Translations under genes and position numbers: made by a program
Source of the DNA: an uncultured Elusimicrobia bacterium
GTDB lineage: Bacteria; Elusimicrobiota; Endomicrobiia; DTEH01
Assembly (NCBI GenBank): GCA_964561135.1
Contig: CAZLOB010000022.1
Coordinates: forward strand, 5,718-69,717
Direction of reading: 5' to 3'
DNA length: 64,000 bases
Notes under the pieces: generated by a model
Told to the model about the DNA's origin: nothing
Seen by the model: the letters and a program-made list of their open reading frames with translations, nothing else
The model's database searches: none
Shown: one piece after another, positions 31,591-42,185 of the stretch
Numbering within the stretch: position 1 is the stretch's first letter
Layout of the letters: each line of letters begins with the position of its first letter

Positions 31591-31907
31591 ATGTATCTCT
31601 CTATAAGTTCAATATACTCTTTTTTATTCCTTACTCCTGTAACTTGTTCAACTGGTTTACCATCTTTAAAAATTATTACAGTGGGAATAGCCATAATACC
31701 ATATTTTGCTGCGATTTGTGGGTTTTCATCTACATTTAATTTATAAATTTTTATTTTTTGTTCGTCGTATTCCTTTGCAAGTTCTTCAATAATAGGTGTT
31801 AACATACGGCATGGACCACACCACTGTGCCCAAAAATCTACTAATACAGGAGTTTTTGAGTTTAACACTTTCTCAACAAAATCTTTATCATTTATTTCTT
31901 CCACCAT
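31587..31907 (-). CDS. trxA: thioredoxin
   Basis: 106 aa with the canonical WAQWCGPC active site and a GGAGG RBS upstream. Confidence 0.95.
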   Translation of the reverse strand: MVEEINDKDFVEKVLNSKTPVLVDFWAQWCGPCRMLTPIIEELAKEYDEQKIKIYKLNVDENPQIAAKYGIMAIPTVIIFKDGKPVEQVTGVRNKKEYIELIERYI

Positions 31908-31935
31908 AGTGCTTTTAAACCTCCTTATTGTAATT

Positions 31936-31965
31936 TTATTATAATTTTGTTAATTTTGATATAAT
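31936..31965 (+). promoter_or_regulatory. candidate extended -10 promoter for comF
   Basis: TGATATAAT (TG-n-TATAAT) at 31957-31965 with a weak -35 (TTATTA). AT-rich background makes chance matches likely. Confidence 0.25.
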
Positions 31966-32006
31966 ATATCTAAATCAAAAAATATTTTCAATAAAAAACA
32001 AAAATA

Positions 32007-32741
32007 ATGAACTTTATAAAAAAATTTTTTGAATTATTCATTTACAGTTTTTTTCCAAAAATATGTTTTTATTGCAATAAACCAATTGATTATTTTTCTA
32101 ACTTGCCTTTATGCAACAATTGTGTCAACAAAATAAAAATTATCGATGGACTCGTATGTGACAAGTGTGGTCTTCCATTATACAGTGGGGGAAAATTTTG
32201 TTATAACTGTAGAAAACAAGAAAGAAAATTTTATTTTGATTTTGTCCGTGGTGTGGTTGAGTACAGAGAACCAATAAAAACATTAATTCATGAATTTAAA
32301 TATAACAAAAAAACATTCCTTGTTTCTTTCTTAAGCAATATTTTCACAAAAGGATATGAAAAAGAATTTAAGAATATAAAAATTGATATTGTATGTTGTG
32401 TCCCAATGCATAGAATAAAAAAGTTTTTACGCGGGTTTAACCAAGCAGAACTTCTTGCTAAAGTTTTAGCAAAAAAATTTTATCTAAACTTCATTCCAGA
32501 TCTCTTAATAAGAAAAAAATATACTGTTTCACAATTCAAACTTTCACAACAAAAACGTATTGAAAATGTCAAAGATGCGTTTGAAATAAATCATAAATTT
32601 GAAAACATAATAAAAGAAAAAAATGTTTTAATAATTGATGATGTTTGTACCACTGCTGAAACAATTAATCAATGTGCAAAAATGTTAAAAAAACATAAAG
32701 CAAAAAATGTTTATGGTTTTGTTTTAGCAAGAGATATATAA
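32007..32741 (+). CDS. comF: ComF-family phosphoribosyltransferase (ComFC-like)
   Basis: N-terminal Cys pairs (CFYCNK..CNNC, CDKCG..CYNC) and the C-terminal PRTase motif VLIIDDVCTTAET. Confidence 0.8.
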   Translation: MNFIKKFFELFIYSFFPKICFYCNKPIDYFSNLPLCNNCVNKIKIIDGLVCDKCGLPLYSGGKFCYNCRKQERKFYFDFVRGVVEYREPIKTLIHEFKYNKKTFLVSFLSNIFTKGYEKEFKNIKIDIVCCVPMHRIKKFLRGFNQAELLAKVLAKKFYLNFIPDLLIRKKYTVSQFKLSQQKRIENVKDAFEINHKFENIIKEKNVLIIDDVCTTAETINQCAKMLKKHKAKNVYGFVLARDI

Positions 32742-32789
32742 CTATGTATTGTTATATCTAACGAAATTTTGTAAAATAATAATAACAAT

Positions 32790-34085
32790 ATGAAACAAAA
32801 AGTGTTTTTTAAAACCTTTGGTTGCCAAATGAATGTTGCTGATTCTGAGTATGTGGCATCTCTGTTAGTTTCTAAAGAAAATTATGAAATAACGCAAAAT
32901 ATAAATGAAGCAGATTTAATAATAGTTAATACTTGCTGTGTGAGAAAACATGCTGAAGATAGAGAAAAGTCGTTTCTTGGACAATTGAAGAAAATAAAAC
33001 TTAAAAACAACTGCAAAATCATTGTTTTAGGCTGTCTTGTACAAAAAGCAAAAAACGAACTTAAAAGACAATTTCCATACATAGACCTATTTATTGGTCC
33101 TACAGAATATGAAAATCTTTGCCAAATTTTAGAAAATGAACTTGATTTTCAAATCACTAATCCACAAATACATATAAACGTGTTCAACAAAACAAGTTGT
33201 TTTGTACCAATAATGAAAGGTTGTAACAATTTTTGTTCATACTGTATTGTACCATATGTAAGAGGTAGGGAAGTCTCTATAGATATAAACAATATTATTA
33301 AAGAGGTCAACTTTTTACTTGACAACGGTGTTAAAGAAATTATACTTATCGGACAGAATGTTAACTCTTATAAATGGGACAACAATGGAAATATTATTAC
33401 ATTTGCAAAACTTTTAGAAAAAGTTGCAACTTTAAATACTGACAAAAAATACTGGGTTCGTTTCTTGACAAATCATCCAAAAGATATGAACTATGAAATT
33501 GTTAAAACAATAAAAACTTATAATAACATTTCACGACATATTCATCTTCCATTACAATCAGGCTCTAACAAGATCTTAGAACTTATGAACAGAAATTACA
33601 CTTTGGAAAAATACAAACAAATTGTAGAAATGATACGTTCTGAAATTCCTGAGATCTCTATAACTACAGACCTTATTGTTGGATTTCCCTACGAAACAGA
33701 AGAAGATTTTAAACAAACACTACAGGCTGTAAAAGATATACAATTTGATGCAGCATTTGTTTTTAAATATTCCCCAAGAGAAGGGACAAAAGCTTATTTA
33801 TTACCTGATAACGTCCCAAAAGAAGTAAAAGAAAAAAGACATGCTGAATTATTGTCTTTATGTGACGGTATCGCTTCTCAAAAAAATAAAAAATATCTTG
33901 AAAAAGAAGTGGAAACATTAATTATTTCGCAAAACTTTAAACATGCAAAAAGTTATTATATCGGCAAAACTTTAGAAAACAAAACTGTTGAAATTATAAC
34001 AAAAAAAACTGGACTAGTAGGCAATTTTGTGAAAACAAAAATAAAAGAAGTAAAACTACATACTTTGATTGGTGAGCTGAGTTAA
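32790..34085 (+). CDS. miaB: tRNA methylthiotransferase, MiaB family
   Basis: UPF0004 domain (FGCQMN), radical-SAM motif CNNFCSYC and a C-terminal TRAM-like domain. Confidence 0.85.
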   Translation: MKQKVFFKTFGCQMNVADSEYVASLLVSKENYEITQNINEADLIIVNTCCVRKHAEDREKSFLGQLKKIKLKNNCKIIVLGCLVQKAKNELKRQFPYIDLFIGPTEYENLCQILENELDFQITNPQIHINVFNKTSCFVPIMKGCNNFCSYCIVPYVRGREVSIDINNIIKEVNFLLDNGVKEIILIGQNVNSYKWDNNGNIITFAKLLEKVATLNTDKKYWVRFLTNHPKDMNYEIVKTIKTYNNISRHIHLPLQSGSNKILELMNRNYTLEKYKQIVEMIRSEIPEISITTDLIVGFPYETEEDFKQTLQAVKDIQFDAAFVFKYSPREGTKAYLLPDNVPKEVKEKRHAELLSLCDGIASQKNKKYLEKEVETLIISQNFKHAKSYYIGKTLENKTVEIITKKTGLVGNFVKTKIKEVKLHTLIGELS

Positions 34086-34086
34086 T

Positions 34087-36789
34087 ATGAAAGAATTACA
34101 AGAAATTAATCTTACACCTTTAATGAAACAATACCACCAAATAAAACAACAATATAAAGATTGTATACTAATGTTTCGTCTAGGCGATTTTTATGAAATG
34201 TTTGGTGAAGATGCGATAAAATCAGCGCCTGTTTTAGGTGTTGTTTTAACAAAGAGGCAAGGGGTACCAATGTGTGGTGTCCCATTCCACAGTGTTAACA
34301 ACTATATCTCAAAACTTCTTAATTGTGGATTCAAAGTTGCTATATGTGAACAAGTCGAAGATCCAAAACTTGCAAAAGGTGTAGTTAAAAGAGAAGTGGT
34401 AAGAGTTATAACTCCAGGAACAATTATTGAAGAAAATCTTCTTGATGCTAAAAAAAATAATTTCTTGACTTCTATAAATTTTGCTTTTGTCAAAAACAAA
34501 CTTTGTTTTGGTATTGCTAATGTTGATATTTCAACAGGTGATTTTTTAGTCACTCAATTTGAAGACCAAAATAGTTCCAAAATTATAGATGAGTTAATCA
34601 GGATCTCACCTTCTGAAATTGTTGCAAAAGAAACACAAAAAGAAGAAATTATCAAAATTGTAAAACAATACAAAGAAGTACATATAGAATTTTTAGAAGA
34701 TTGGTTCTTTGATGTATTAACAGCTGTAGAAAGAATTAAAGAGTATTATAAAATTTATTCTCTTGAAACATTTGGACTTGATATGACGAAACATGCAATT
34801 TTATTATCTTCTGTAGGCGGGTTATTAGAATACTTAAATAGGACACAAAAAAAATTGATACCAAAATTAAAAGGAATAAAATTTTATAACTTAGATGACT
34901 ACTTGTTTATGGACAGCAGCTGTATAAGAAATTTGGAGTTAGTAGAAAATCTTTATGATAGGACACAAAAAAATACTTTACTTGATGTTATCGACAAAAC
35001 ACAGACAGCCCAAGGTGCAAGATTATTACGAAGTTGGTTATTAAAACCATTAAAAGATGTAAAAGAAATTAATAATCGTTTATTAATTGTAGAAATGTTT
35101 TATAACGATGATACAAACAGACAAAAACTCAAAGATATTCTACGAAACATAGCAGATATTGAAAGAATAACAAATAGAATCACATCAAAAAATGCAACAC
35201 CAAAGGATCTTATCACACTAAAAGAATCTTTAGAATTAATACCTGAAATTAAAACATTATTACAACATATAATAAATTCTCAATTTGTTTTAAAACTTGA
35301 CGAACTACACAAAATGATCGATATTCCCGAATTAGAAGAAGTTAAACAACTTATAGAAAATAGTATAGTACCGGACGCGCCTACTGATATAAAAAAAGGA
35401 GGAGTTATCAAAAAAGGGTTTAATAAAGAACTTGATGAAATTAGAGAACTTTATTCTTCATCAAAAGAATGGTTGTTAAACTATCAAGAAGAACAACGAC
35501 GAAAAACACAAATACAGTCATTAAAAGTTGGATATACTTCTGTCTTCGGGTATTATATAGAAGTTACAAAATCTAATTTACATCTAATACCAAAAGAATA
35601 CATTAGGAAACAAACATTGAAAAATGCAGAACGGTTCACAACGCCTGAATTACAAGATTTTGAAAACAAAATCCTTTCAGCTGAAGAAAAAATTTTAAAT
35701 CTAGAAGAATATCTTTTCAATTCTGTAGTTGAACAAGTTGGACAATATGCTGAACAACTATATGAAGTAAGTTATAAGATAGCTTTAATAGATGTGTTTA
35801 GTAACCTTGCTGAAGTTGCAAAAAGAAATAATTATAAAAAACCTATTGTAGATGATTCATATATTATTGAATTAAAATCTTGTCGTCATCCTATAGTAGA
35901 ACAAATATTGCCTTACGGAAAGTTTATACCAAATGATGTATACCTTGACGGAGACAATGTAAAACTTATAATTTTAACAGGTCCTAATATGGCTGGAAAA
36001 TCAACTTATATAAGACAGGTTGCGTTGTGCACAATCTTAGCACAAATGGGAAGTTTTGTGCCAGCTGAATATTCACGTATAGGTGTTGTGGACAAAATTT
36101 TTGCTCGTATAGGTGCAGCTGATTATTTAGCAAAAGGATTGTCAACATTTATGGTTGAAATGCAAGAAACTGCTAATATACTTCATAATGCTACTGATAG
36201 AAGTTTGATAATTTTAGACGAAGTTGGACGTGGGACATCAACTTATGATGGTATCTCTATTGCTTGGGCTGTGATAGAATATCTTGTTAACAAACAAAAT
36301 TGGCCGAATAAAACCCATTGCCCTAAAACTTTGTTTGCTACACATTATTTTGAACTTACAGAACTTGAACAAAGGTATACTGGGATTAAAAATTTTAATG
36401 TTGCTGTTAAAGAATATAAAGACGAAATTGTATTTTTGTACAAAGTTATTGAAGGTTGTTCAGATAAATCTTATGGAATACATGTAGCAAAACTTGCTGG
36501 TATACCACAACAAGTTGTTAACCGGGCAAATATATTATTAAAATATTTACTTAACGCTGCTGCAAACATTGATAAAGCAACCAAATCTAAAAGTGTACAA
36601 CTACAACTAATCCATATTACTGAACAAAAAGAACAAGAAAAAAATTTTTTTAATGAAATATTGGTAAATCTAAAAAAAATTGATATAAACAAAATTACAC
36701 CATTAGATGCGTTTAATTTGTTACTACAATGGAAAAAAATGATAGAACAAAATACACAGGACCGGAACGACGAAAATATAAACGGTTAA
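34087..36789 (+). CDS. mutS: DNA mismatch repair protein MutS
   Basis: Mismatch-binding GDFYE, Walker A GPNMAGKST, DEVGRGTST and full length of 900 aa. Confidence 0.95.
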   Translation: MKELQEINLTPLMKQYHQIKQQYKDCILMFRLGDFYEMFGEDAIKSAPVLGVVLTKRQGVPMCGVPFHSVNNYISKLLNCGFKVAICEQVEDPKLAKGVVKREVVRVITPGTIIEENLLDAKKNNFLTSINFAFVKNKLCFGIANVDISTGDFLVTQFEDQNSSKIIDELIRISPSEIVAKETQKEEIIKIVKQYKEVHIEFLEDWFFDVLTAVERIKEYYKIYSLETFGLDMTKHAILLSSVGGLLEYLNRTQKKLIPKLKGIKFYNLDDYLFMDSSCIRNLELVENLYDRTQKNTLLDVIDKTQTAQGARLLRSWLLKPLKDVKEINNRLLIVEMFYNDDTNRQKLKDILRNIADIERITNRITSKNATPKDLITLKESLELIPEIKTLLQHIINSQFVLKLDELHKMIDIPELEEVKQLIENSIVPDAPTDIKKGGVIKKGFNKELDEIRELYSSSKEWLLNYQEEQRRKTQIQSLKVGYTSVFGYYIEVTKSNLHLIPKEYIRKQTLKNAERFTTPELQDFENKILSAEEKILNLEEYLFNSVVEQVGQYAEQLYEVSYKIALIDVFSNLAEVAKRNNYKKPIVDDSYIIELKSCRHPIVEQILPYGKFIPNDVYLDGDNVKLIILTGPNMAGKSTYIRQVALCTILAQMGSFVPAEYSRIGVVDKIFARIGAADYLAKGLSTFMVEMQETANILHNATDRSLIILDEVGRGTSTYDGISIAWAVIEYLVNKQNWPNKTHCPKTLFATHYFELTELEQRYTGIKNFNVAVKEYKDEIVFLYKVIEGCSDKSYGIHVAKLAGIPQQVVNRANILLKYLLNAAANIDKATKSKSVQLQLIHITEQKEQEKNFFNEILVNLKKIDINKITPLDAFNLLLQWKKMIEQNTQDRNDENING

Positions 36790-37100
36790 AAATTTTTCAT
36801 CTTTCTATACCCATAGTCCTAAAAACTAATACTGAAGATTTATCATTTCCAGGGATACTTTTAGACATCTCTGCTAATGGGATAGGAATTCTTACTTTTA
36901 AAGAAATACCTGTTAACACTATTGTCAATTTACAAATTAATTTACATCAGATAAAAACTGATTGTATTAAAGCAAAAGTTGTATGGACAAAACAATTAGA
37001 TAAAACATATAGAGCTGGGTTACAATTTATAGAAATTTCAAAGAAAGATTTTGAACAAATATCAGATTATGTTGAACAACATCTAATGGAAGATTTTTGA
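36729..37100 (+). CDS. PilZ-domain protein (putative c-di-GMP receptor)
   Basis: RxxxR motif (RRKYKR) near the N-terminus and DxSxxG motif (DISANG). It overlaps the mutS 3' end by 61 nt and the mutL start by 4 nt. Confidence 0.75.
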   Translation: MEKNDRTKYTGPERRKYKRLKIFHLSIPIVLKTNTEDLSFPGILLDISANGIGILTFKEIPVNTIVNLQINLHQIKTDCIKAKVVWTKQLDKTYRAGLQFIEISKKDFEQISDYVEQHLMEDF

Positions 37101-38818
37101 CTATGACCAAAATTAAGATCTTACCACCTGAGGTTTATACACGTATCGCAGCAGGTGAAGTTGTTGAACGACCATCTAATGTTGTCAAAGAACTTGTAGA
37201 AAATAGTATTGATGCTAACGCCACTGAAATAACAATAGAAATTGTTTCTTCTGGAAGGAAACTTATTCGTGTAGCAGATAACGGTTGCGGTATGACAAAA
37301 GATGATCTGTTATTATCAGTTAAACCACATGCTACAAGTAAAATAGAAAAATTTGAAGATATATATAGTTTAACAACTTTAGGATTTCGTGGAGAAGCCT
37401 TAGCTTCAATTTCAAATGTTTCTAAACTTACAATTATTTCAAAAACAGAAGAACAACCTCTCGGATACCAAATCGTTGTTCATGGTGGAGAAATTATATC
37501 AGTAAAAGAATGTTCATGTAATAAAGGAACGATTGTTGAAGTTAAAGATTTGTTTTACAACACTCCTGCAAGACTTAAATTTTTAAAATCTGATTATACA
37601 GAAAAAGTACATGTTACACGTACTGTTGAAGAATATGCAATTGCCTATCCTGAAATTTCGTTTAAGTTCTATTCAGATAACGAACTTGTCTTTTCAACAG
37701 AAGCTACCACAAAACTTGTTAGTAGATTAAAAGATATTATAAAAAAAGATATTGTGAAAGACATGTTATACATTGCTCATACTGAAGATAACATTTGTAT
37801 CTACGGATTTATAACACCGATAGAATTTACACAAGTTAACAAATCTTTACAAATGTTTTATGTTAACAAAAGACCCGTTACTTTACGTATTTTATCACAA
37901 GCGTTATATGATGCATACAGGGATAGTTTACCTACTGGTAGACATCCTGGAGCGGTTATTTTTATCAATATCTCGTCAGATTTGATTGATGTTAATGTAC
38001 ATCCAACAAAACGTGTTATAAAGTTTAAAGATGAAGATTATGTATATGAAACACTTAAAAATTTGTTCAAAAAAACATTAAAAGAATATTACACTAAAAC
38101 ATATAAAATTGAAACTGGACAACCAATACAAACTTTAACAATAACACAAAAAGAAAAACAACTAACAGAAACAAAAGTTGAACAAAAACAAACAGAGTTG
38201 GAATTACGGTATGAACAACCTATTTTAAACTATGAAAAACTTGGACTACAAAATTTTGTATATTTGGGTCAACTACATAGAACATATCTGTTGTTTGAAA
38301 CACAAGAAGGTTTGTTATTAATAGACCAACATGCAGCAAGTGAACGTATACTTTTTGAAAAATTTATGAAATCAAAAAATGTCCAAATACAGAAATTGCT
38401 TATTCCATTAAATATAGAACTAAAACCCTCAGATTTTGAATCTATAAAGCCATATATAGACCTACTTAATACTTTAGGGTTTGAAGTAACAATTTCTGGT
38501 AAGAGTTCAATAGGGTTTGCTAGTATTCCATCATTATTCAATATACAAGATGTGAAAGATTTTATTCTAAGATTTATAGAAAATCTTATGGAAGATATAA
38601 AAAATGAAATTAATAATGTTACTCCTAAAGAAAAAATTATCCGTAGTGCATGTCGTGCTGCAATAAAAGCTAATGAACTATTAGCAATATCTGAAGTTAA
38701 TGCTTTAATATCAGATTTGTCTAATTGTGAACAACCTTTTTTTTGTCCTCATGGTAGACCTACTATAATCAAACTTGAGTTAGAAAAAATTGAAAAACTT
38801 TTTTCACGACGTAAATGA
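37097..38818 (+). CDS. mutL: DNA mismatch repair endonuclease MutL
   Basis: GHKL ATPase motifs (ELVENSIDA, DNGCGM, GFRGEAL), C-terminal endonuclease motif DQHAASERILFE, and CPHGRP. Confidence 0.95.
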   Translation: MTMTKIKILPPEVYTRIAAGEVVERPSNVVKELVENSIDANATEITIEIVSSGRKLIRVADNGCGMTKDDLLLSVKPHATSKIEKFEDIYSLTTLGFRGEALASISNVSKLTIISKTEEQPLGYQIVVHGGEIISVKECSCNKGTIVEVKDLFYNTPARLKFLKSDYTEKVHVTRTVEEYAIAYPEISFKFYSDNELVFSTEATTKLVSRLKDIIKKDIVKDMLYIAHTEDNICIYGFITPIEFTQVNKSLQMFYVNKRPVTLRILSQALYDAYRDSLPTGRHPGAVIFINISSDLIDVNVHPTKRVIKFKDEDYVYETLKNLFKKTLKEYYTKTYKIETGQPIQTLTITQKEKQLTETKVEQKQTELELRYEQPILNYEKLGLQNFVYLGQLHRTYLLFETQEGLLLIDQHAASERILFEKFMKSKNVQIQKLLIPLNIELKPSDFESIKPYIDLLNTLGFEVTISGKSSIGFASIPSLFNIQDVKDFILRFIENLMEDIKNEINNVTPKEKIIRSACRAAIKANELLAISEVNALISDLSNCEQPFFCPHGRPTIIKLELEKIEKLFSRRK

Positions 38819-39762
38819 ACAACAAAGTTGTTCTCATTGTTGGACCAACAGCTTCAGGGAAAACAGAAGTTGCTGTTGAACTTTGCCAAAAATTACCCGC
38901 TGAAATAATATCAGCTGATTCTAGACAAGTTTATAAATACTTAACAATAGGTACAAACAAACCTGTTGGTGAATGGATTGGGGAGGAATATTTGTATAAA
39001 AACATACCTTACCATTTAGTTGATTTTCTTGAGCCACACTTGTATTACGATGCAAACAGGTTTTATACTGACGCTTCATCTTTAATCAATAGAATTTGGT
39101 CAAAAAATAAAATCCCCATTGTTGTTGGTGGGACAGGGTTATATATCAAAACAATTACCGAAGGGATCACTATATTACCTAAAAAAAATGAGAAAATAAG
39201 AAATTACTTAACACAGCTTGCAATATTGTATGGAAAAAACTATCTTTATAATATGCTTAAAACTTATGACCCACAACGGGCAAAAGAAATACATCCAAAT
39301 AATACACAAAGAATAATACGTTCATTAGAAATTATTCTTCAAACAGGTAAACCTTTTACACAAATTGTTTCAGAAAATCCTAAAACAAAATCTTATGATA
39401 CAATTATCTTTGGTCTTTATTATGATAAAAAAACTTTGTTTCACAAAGTCACTGAACGTACAAAACAAATGTTTCAAATTGGTATCGTAGAAGAAACAAA
39501 ACAACTTTTAGCAAAAGGTATTAAGGAAACATCTCCTGCGTTTAGTTCTATAGGTTACCATTGGGTAATAAAATATATAAACCACGAAATCTCGTTGGAA
39601 GAAACACAAAAAAATTTTATCAAAGATACTATGGACTACATTAAACGACAATTAGTATGGTTTAAAAAAGATAAAAACATACAATGGATAAACTGTGAAG
39701 ATATGTCAATAAAACACATTGTGGAATATATTTATGAAATAATATCAAAAATTTGTTTCTAA
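38815..39762 (+). CDS. miaA: tRNA dimethylallyltransferase
   Basis: P-loop GPTASGKT and family motifs (ISADSRQVYK, GGTGLY). Confidence 0.9.
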   Translation: MNNKVVLIVGPTASGKTEVAVELCQKLPAEIISADSRQVYKYLTIGTNKPVGEWIGEEYLYKNIPYHLVDFLEPHLYYDANRFYTDASSLINRIWSKNKIPIVVGGTGLYIKTITEGITILPKKNEKIRNYLTQLAILYGKNYLYNMLKTYDPQRAKEIHPNNTQRIIRSLEIILQTGKPFTQIVSENPKTKSYDTIIFGLYYDKKTLFHKVTERTKQMFQIGIVEETKQLLAKGIKETSPAFSSIGYHWVIKYINHEISLEETQKNFIKDTMDYIKRQLVWFKKDKNIQWINCEDMSIKHIVEYIYEIISKICF

Positions 39763-39777
39763 ACAACTTATAATGCT

Positions 39778-41058
39778 ATGGAAAAAGTTGTCACTGTAGG
39801 AACAGTTTTAAAATCTGCTGGGAAAAAAGCTATTGAAGAAGAAAAAAAGTCTTTAGAAGAACTAAAAAATCTAGTTGCTACTGCGAATGGTATTGTGATA
39901 AAATCTTTTTTAGTAAAACGTGATAAAATTGACCCTGCTTATTACATCGGGAGAGGAAAAGCAGAAGAAATTAATGATTTTATTGTCCAAAACAATATTC
40001 GTACAGTTGTTTTTGATAACGAACTTTCTCCTGCACAAATAAAAAATTTAGAAGAAGTAATATCAGCAAAAATTGTAGATAGAACAAGGTTAATACTTGA
40101 CATTTTTGCACAACGAGCACATACAAAAGAAGCACAACTCCAAGTAGAACTTGCTCAACTTCAATATATGCTACCACGTCTCACTCAAAAAGGTATCTAT
40201 ATGGACAACCAAGTAGGTGGGATAGGTACAAGGGGACCCGGAGAAACAAAACTTGAATATGACAGACGTAAAATTATGCAACGTATCGAAAAAATAAAAG
40301 AAGAACTTAAAAAAGTTGTTGTTGCACGAAATGAACAAAAAAAGTTAAGAATGGAAACAAATATACCTTTAATAGCGTTAGTAGGTTACACTAATGTTGG
40401 TAAATCAACATTGTTTAACACTATTCTTAAATCTTCTTCTGCATATACAGATGACAAACTTTTTGCAACTTTAGACCCGTTAATAAGAAAAGTAGTCCTT
40501 CCTACAAAAGAAGAATTTTTGCTTGTAGACACTGTAGGGTTTATAAATAAACTGCCACATCATTTAGTAGAAAGTTTTAAGTCAACTTTAGAAATTGTTA
40601 AAGATGCAACATTATTATTAGAAATTATTGACATAACTGACGAAGATTATCATAAAAAAGAACTATTAGTAAAAAAAATTTTGGAAGAACTAAACGCAGA
40701 TAAAATTCCTATTATAAAAGTTTACAATAAAATCGATCTCTTAGATGAAAGATTACAAAAGGTATATATAAAAAAATTAAACAAAGAAAAGACAAGTGTT
40801 GTTATTTCAGCAAAGACAGGTTTTGGAATCGAAAAATTACTCAAAAAAATACTTTTCTTTATTGGACAAAATTATGTTACAAAAACAATAAATGTTCCTA
40901 ATAAATATTTTGAACTCTTGAATTTTATTAACAAACATTGCAAAGTAATTTCTTATAATATAAACCACAATCTATTAAATATAAAAATTTCAACAACAAA
41001 AGAAATTTATAATAAAATAATAAAAATGCTAAATGAATACACTGTTCACAATACCTAA
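39778..41058 (+). CDS. hflX: GTPase HflX
   Basis: HflX N-domain (LSPAQIKNLE, RTRLILDIFAQRA), G1 GYTNVGKST, G3 DTVGF and G4 NKID. Confidence 0.9.
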   Translation: MEKVVTVGTVLKSAGKKAIEEEKKSLEELKNLVATANGIVIKSFLVKRDKIDPAYYIGRGKAEEINDFIVQNNIRTVVFDNELSPAQIKNLEEVISAKIVDRTRLILDIFAQRAHTKEAQLQVELAQLQYMLPRLTQKGIYMDNQVGGIGTRGPGETKLEYDRRKIMQRIEKIKEELKKVVVARNEQKKLRMETNIPLIALVGYTNVGKSTLFNTILKSSSAYTDDKLFATLDPLIRKVVLPTKEEFLLVDTVGFINKLPHHLVESFKSTLEIVKDATLLLEIIDITDEDYHKKELLVKKILEELNADKIPIIKVYNKIDLLDERLQKVYIKKLNKEKTSVVISAKTGFGIEKLLKKILFFIGQNYVTKTINVPNKYFELLNFINKHCKVISYNINHNLLNIKISTTKEIYNKIIKMLNEYTVHNT

Positions 41059-41578
41059 TTTGTTGTCTATATTACGAATGTGTTTTACATTTTTATTTGT
41101 TCACAGTTTGTTGAATGATAAAATTACTAAATCTATTCTATTTTTAAGTATATGTATTCTTACTGACTTTCTTGATGGATTTTTTGCACGTGTCTTTAAA
41201 CAGAAAACAAAAATAGGTGTTTTATTAGACCCGCTTGCTGATAAAGTTTTAGTTATATCAACATTAATAGTTTTAATGGTAAAAAACTATTTACCATGGT
41301 GGTTCTTTAGTATAATAATTATACGAGAAACGTTAGTTATCGCAGGCTGGATCGTTACATACCAACATACACCACAATCTTTTCCAAAACCACGTTTCTT
41401 AGGAAAAGTTTCAATAGCATTGTTAATGATAACTTTAATAATCGTAGTTTTAAATATCCATCTACAATACGAAATTGTTTCTGATATAATAAATGAACTA
41501 TTTTTTTTAACATCAGTTTTTGTCACAGGTTCTTTGGTTGATTATATTGGATACGCTAGAAAAGTTTTCTCAAAATAA
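41033..41578 (+). CDS. pgsA: CDP-alcohol phosphatidyltransferase (PgsA-like)
   Basis: Signature DGFFARVFKQKTKIGVLLDPLADK (D-G-x2-A-R-x8-G-x3-D-x3-D) in a multi-TM protein. Confidence 0.75.
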   Translation: MNTLFTIPNLLSILRMCFTFLFVHSLLNDKITKSILFLSICILTDFLDGFFARVFKQKTKIGVLLDPLADKVLVISTLIVLMVKNYLPWWFFSIIIIRETLVIAGWIVTYQHTPQSFPKPRFLGKVSIALLMITLIIVVLNIHLQYEIVSDIINELFFLTSVFVTGSLVDYIGYARKVFSK

Positions 41579-41597
41579 AATTTTGTTATAAAAGATA

Positions 41598-42182
41598 ATG
41601 AAAAATTTTATAATATTTTTTTTATCATACATAATTGGTGGTATCCCCACTGCATTTATATTAACTAAAATCTTTAAAGGAGTAGATATACGAACTGTTG
41701 GGTCAAAAAATCCTGGCACAACAAATGTGATACGTACAGCAGGATTTTTGTTAGGAGCAATAACATTTATCATAGATTTTTTGAAAGGAGGAATATCTAT
41801 ATTTATTACAAAAAAATATTTAGGATATGAATTTTTGCCACTAACAATGTTTTTTACCGTGCTTGGGCATACAACATCCCCTTTTCTTTCGTTTAAAGGG
41901 GGAAAAGGTGTTGCAACATTTTTTGGTTCGCTATTTGCAATTTCAACTAATATGTTTATATATAGCTGTATTTGTTTTGCAATTATATTTTTATTAACAC
42001 ATATTGTGTCAATATCTTCTATTGTTTCAGTATTTTTTTTCTTTTGGTATGTGTTGTTAAAAAATCCAGTTGAGTATCAAGACACAAAAATATTTTTTCT
42101 ATTAACAGTCTTATGGATAATCTATAGACACAAGTCAAATATCAAAAGGTTAATATTAAAAGAAGAAAAAAGGTTGTTTTAA
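41598..42182 (+). CDS. plsY: glycerol-3-phosphate acyltransferase PlsY
   Basis: GSKNPGTTNV and FKGGKGVAT motifs in a multi-TM protein. Confidence 0.9.
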   Translation: MKNFIIFFLSYIIGGIPTAFILTKIFKGVDIRTVGSKNPGTTNVIRTAGFLLGAITFIIDFLKGGISIFITKKYLGYEFLPLTMFFTVLGHTTSPFLSFKGGKGVATFFGSLFAISTNMFIYSCICFAIIFLLTHIVSISSIVSVFFFFWYVLLKNPVEYQDTKIFFLLTVLWIIYRHKSNIKRLILKEEKRLF

Positions 42183-42185
42183 AAT

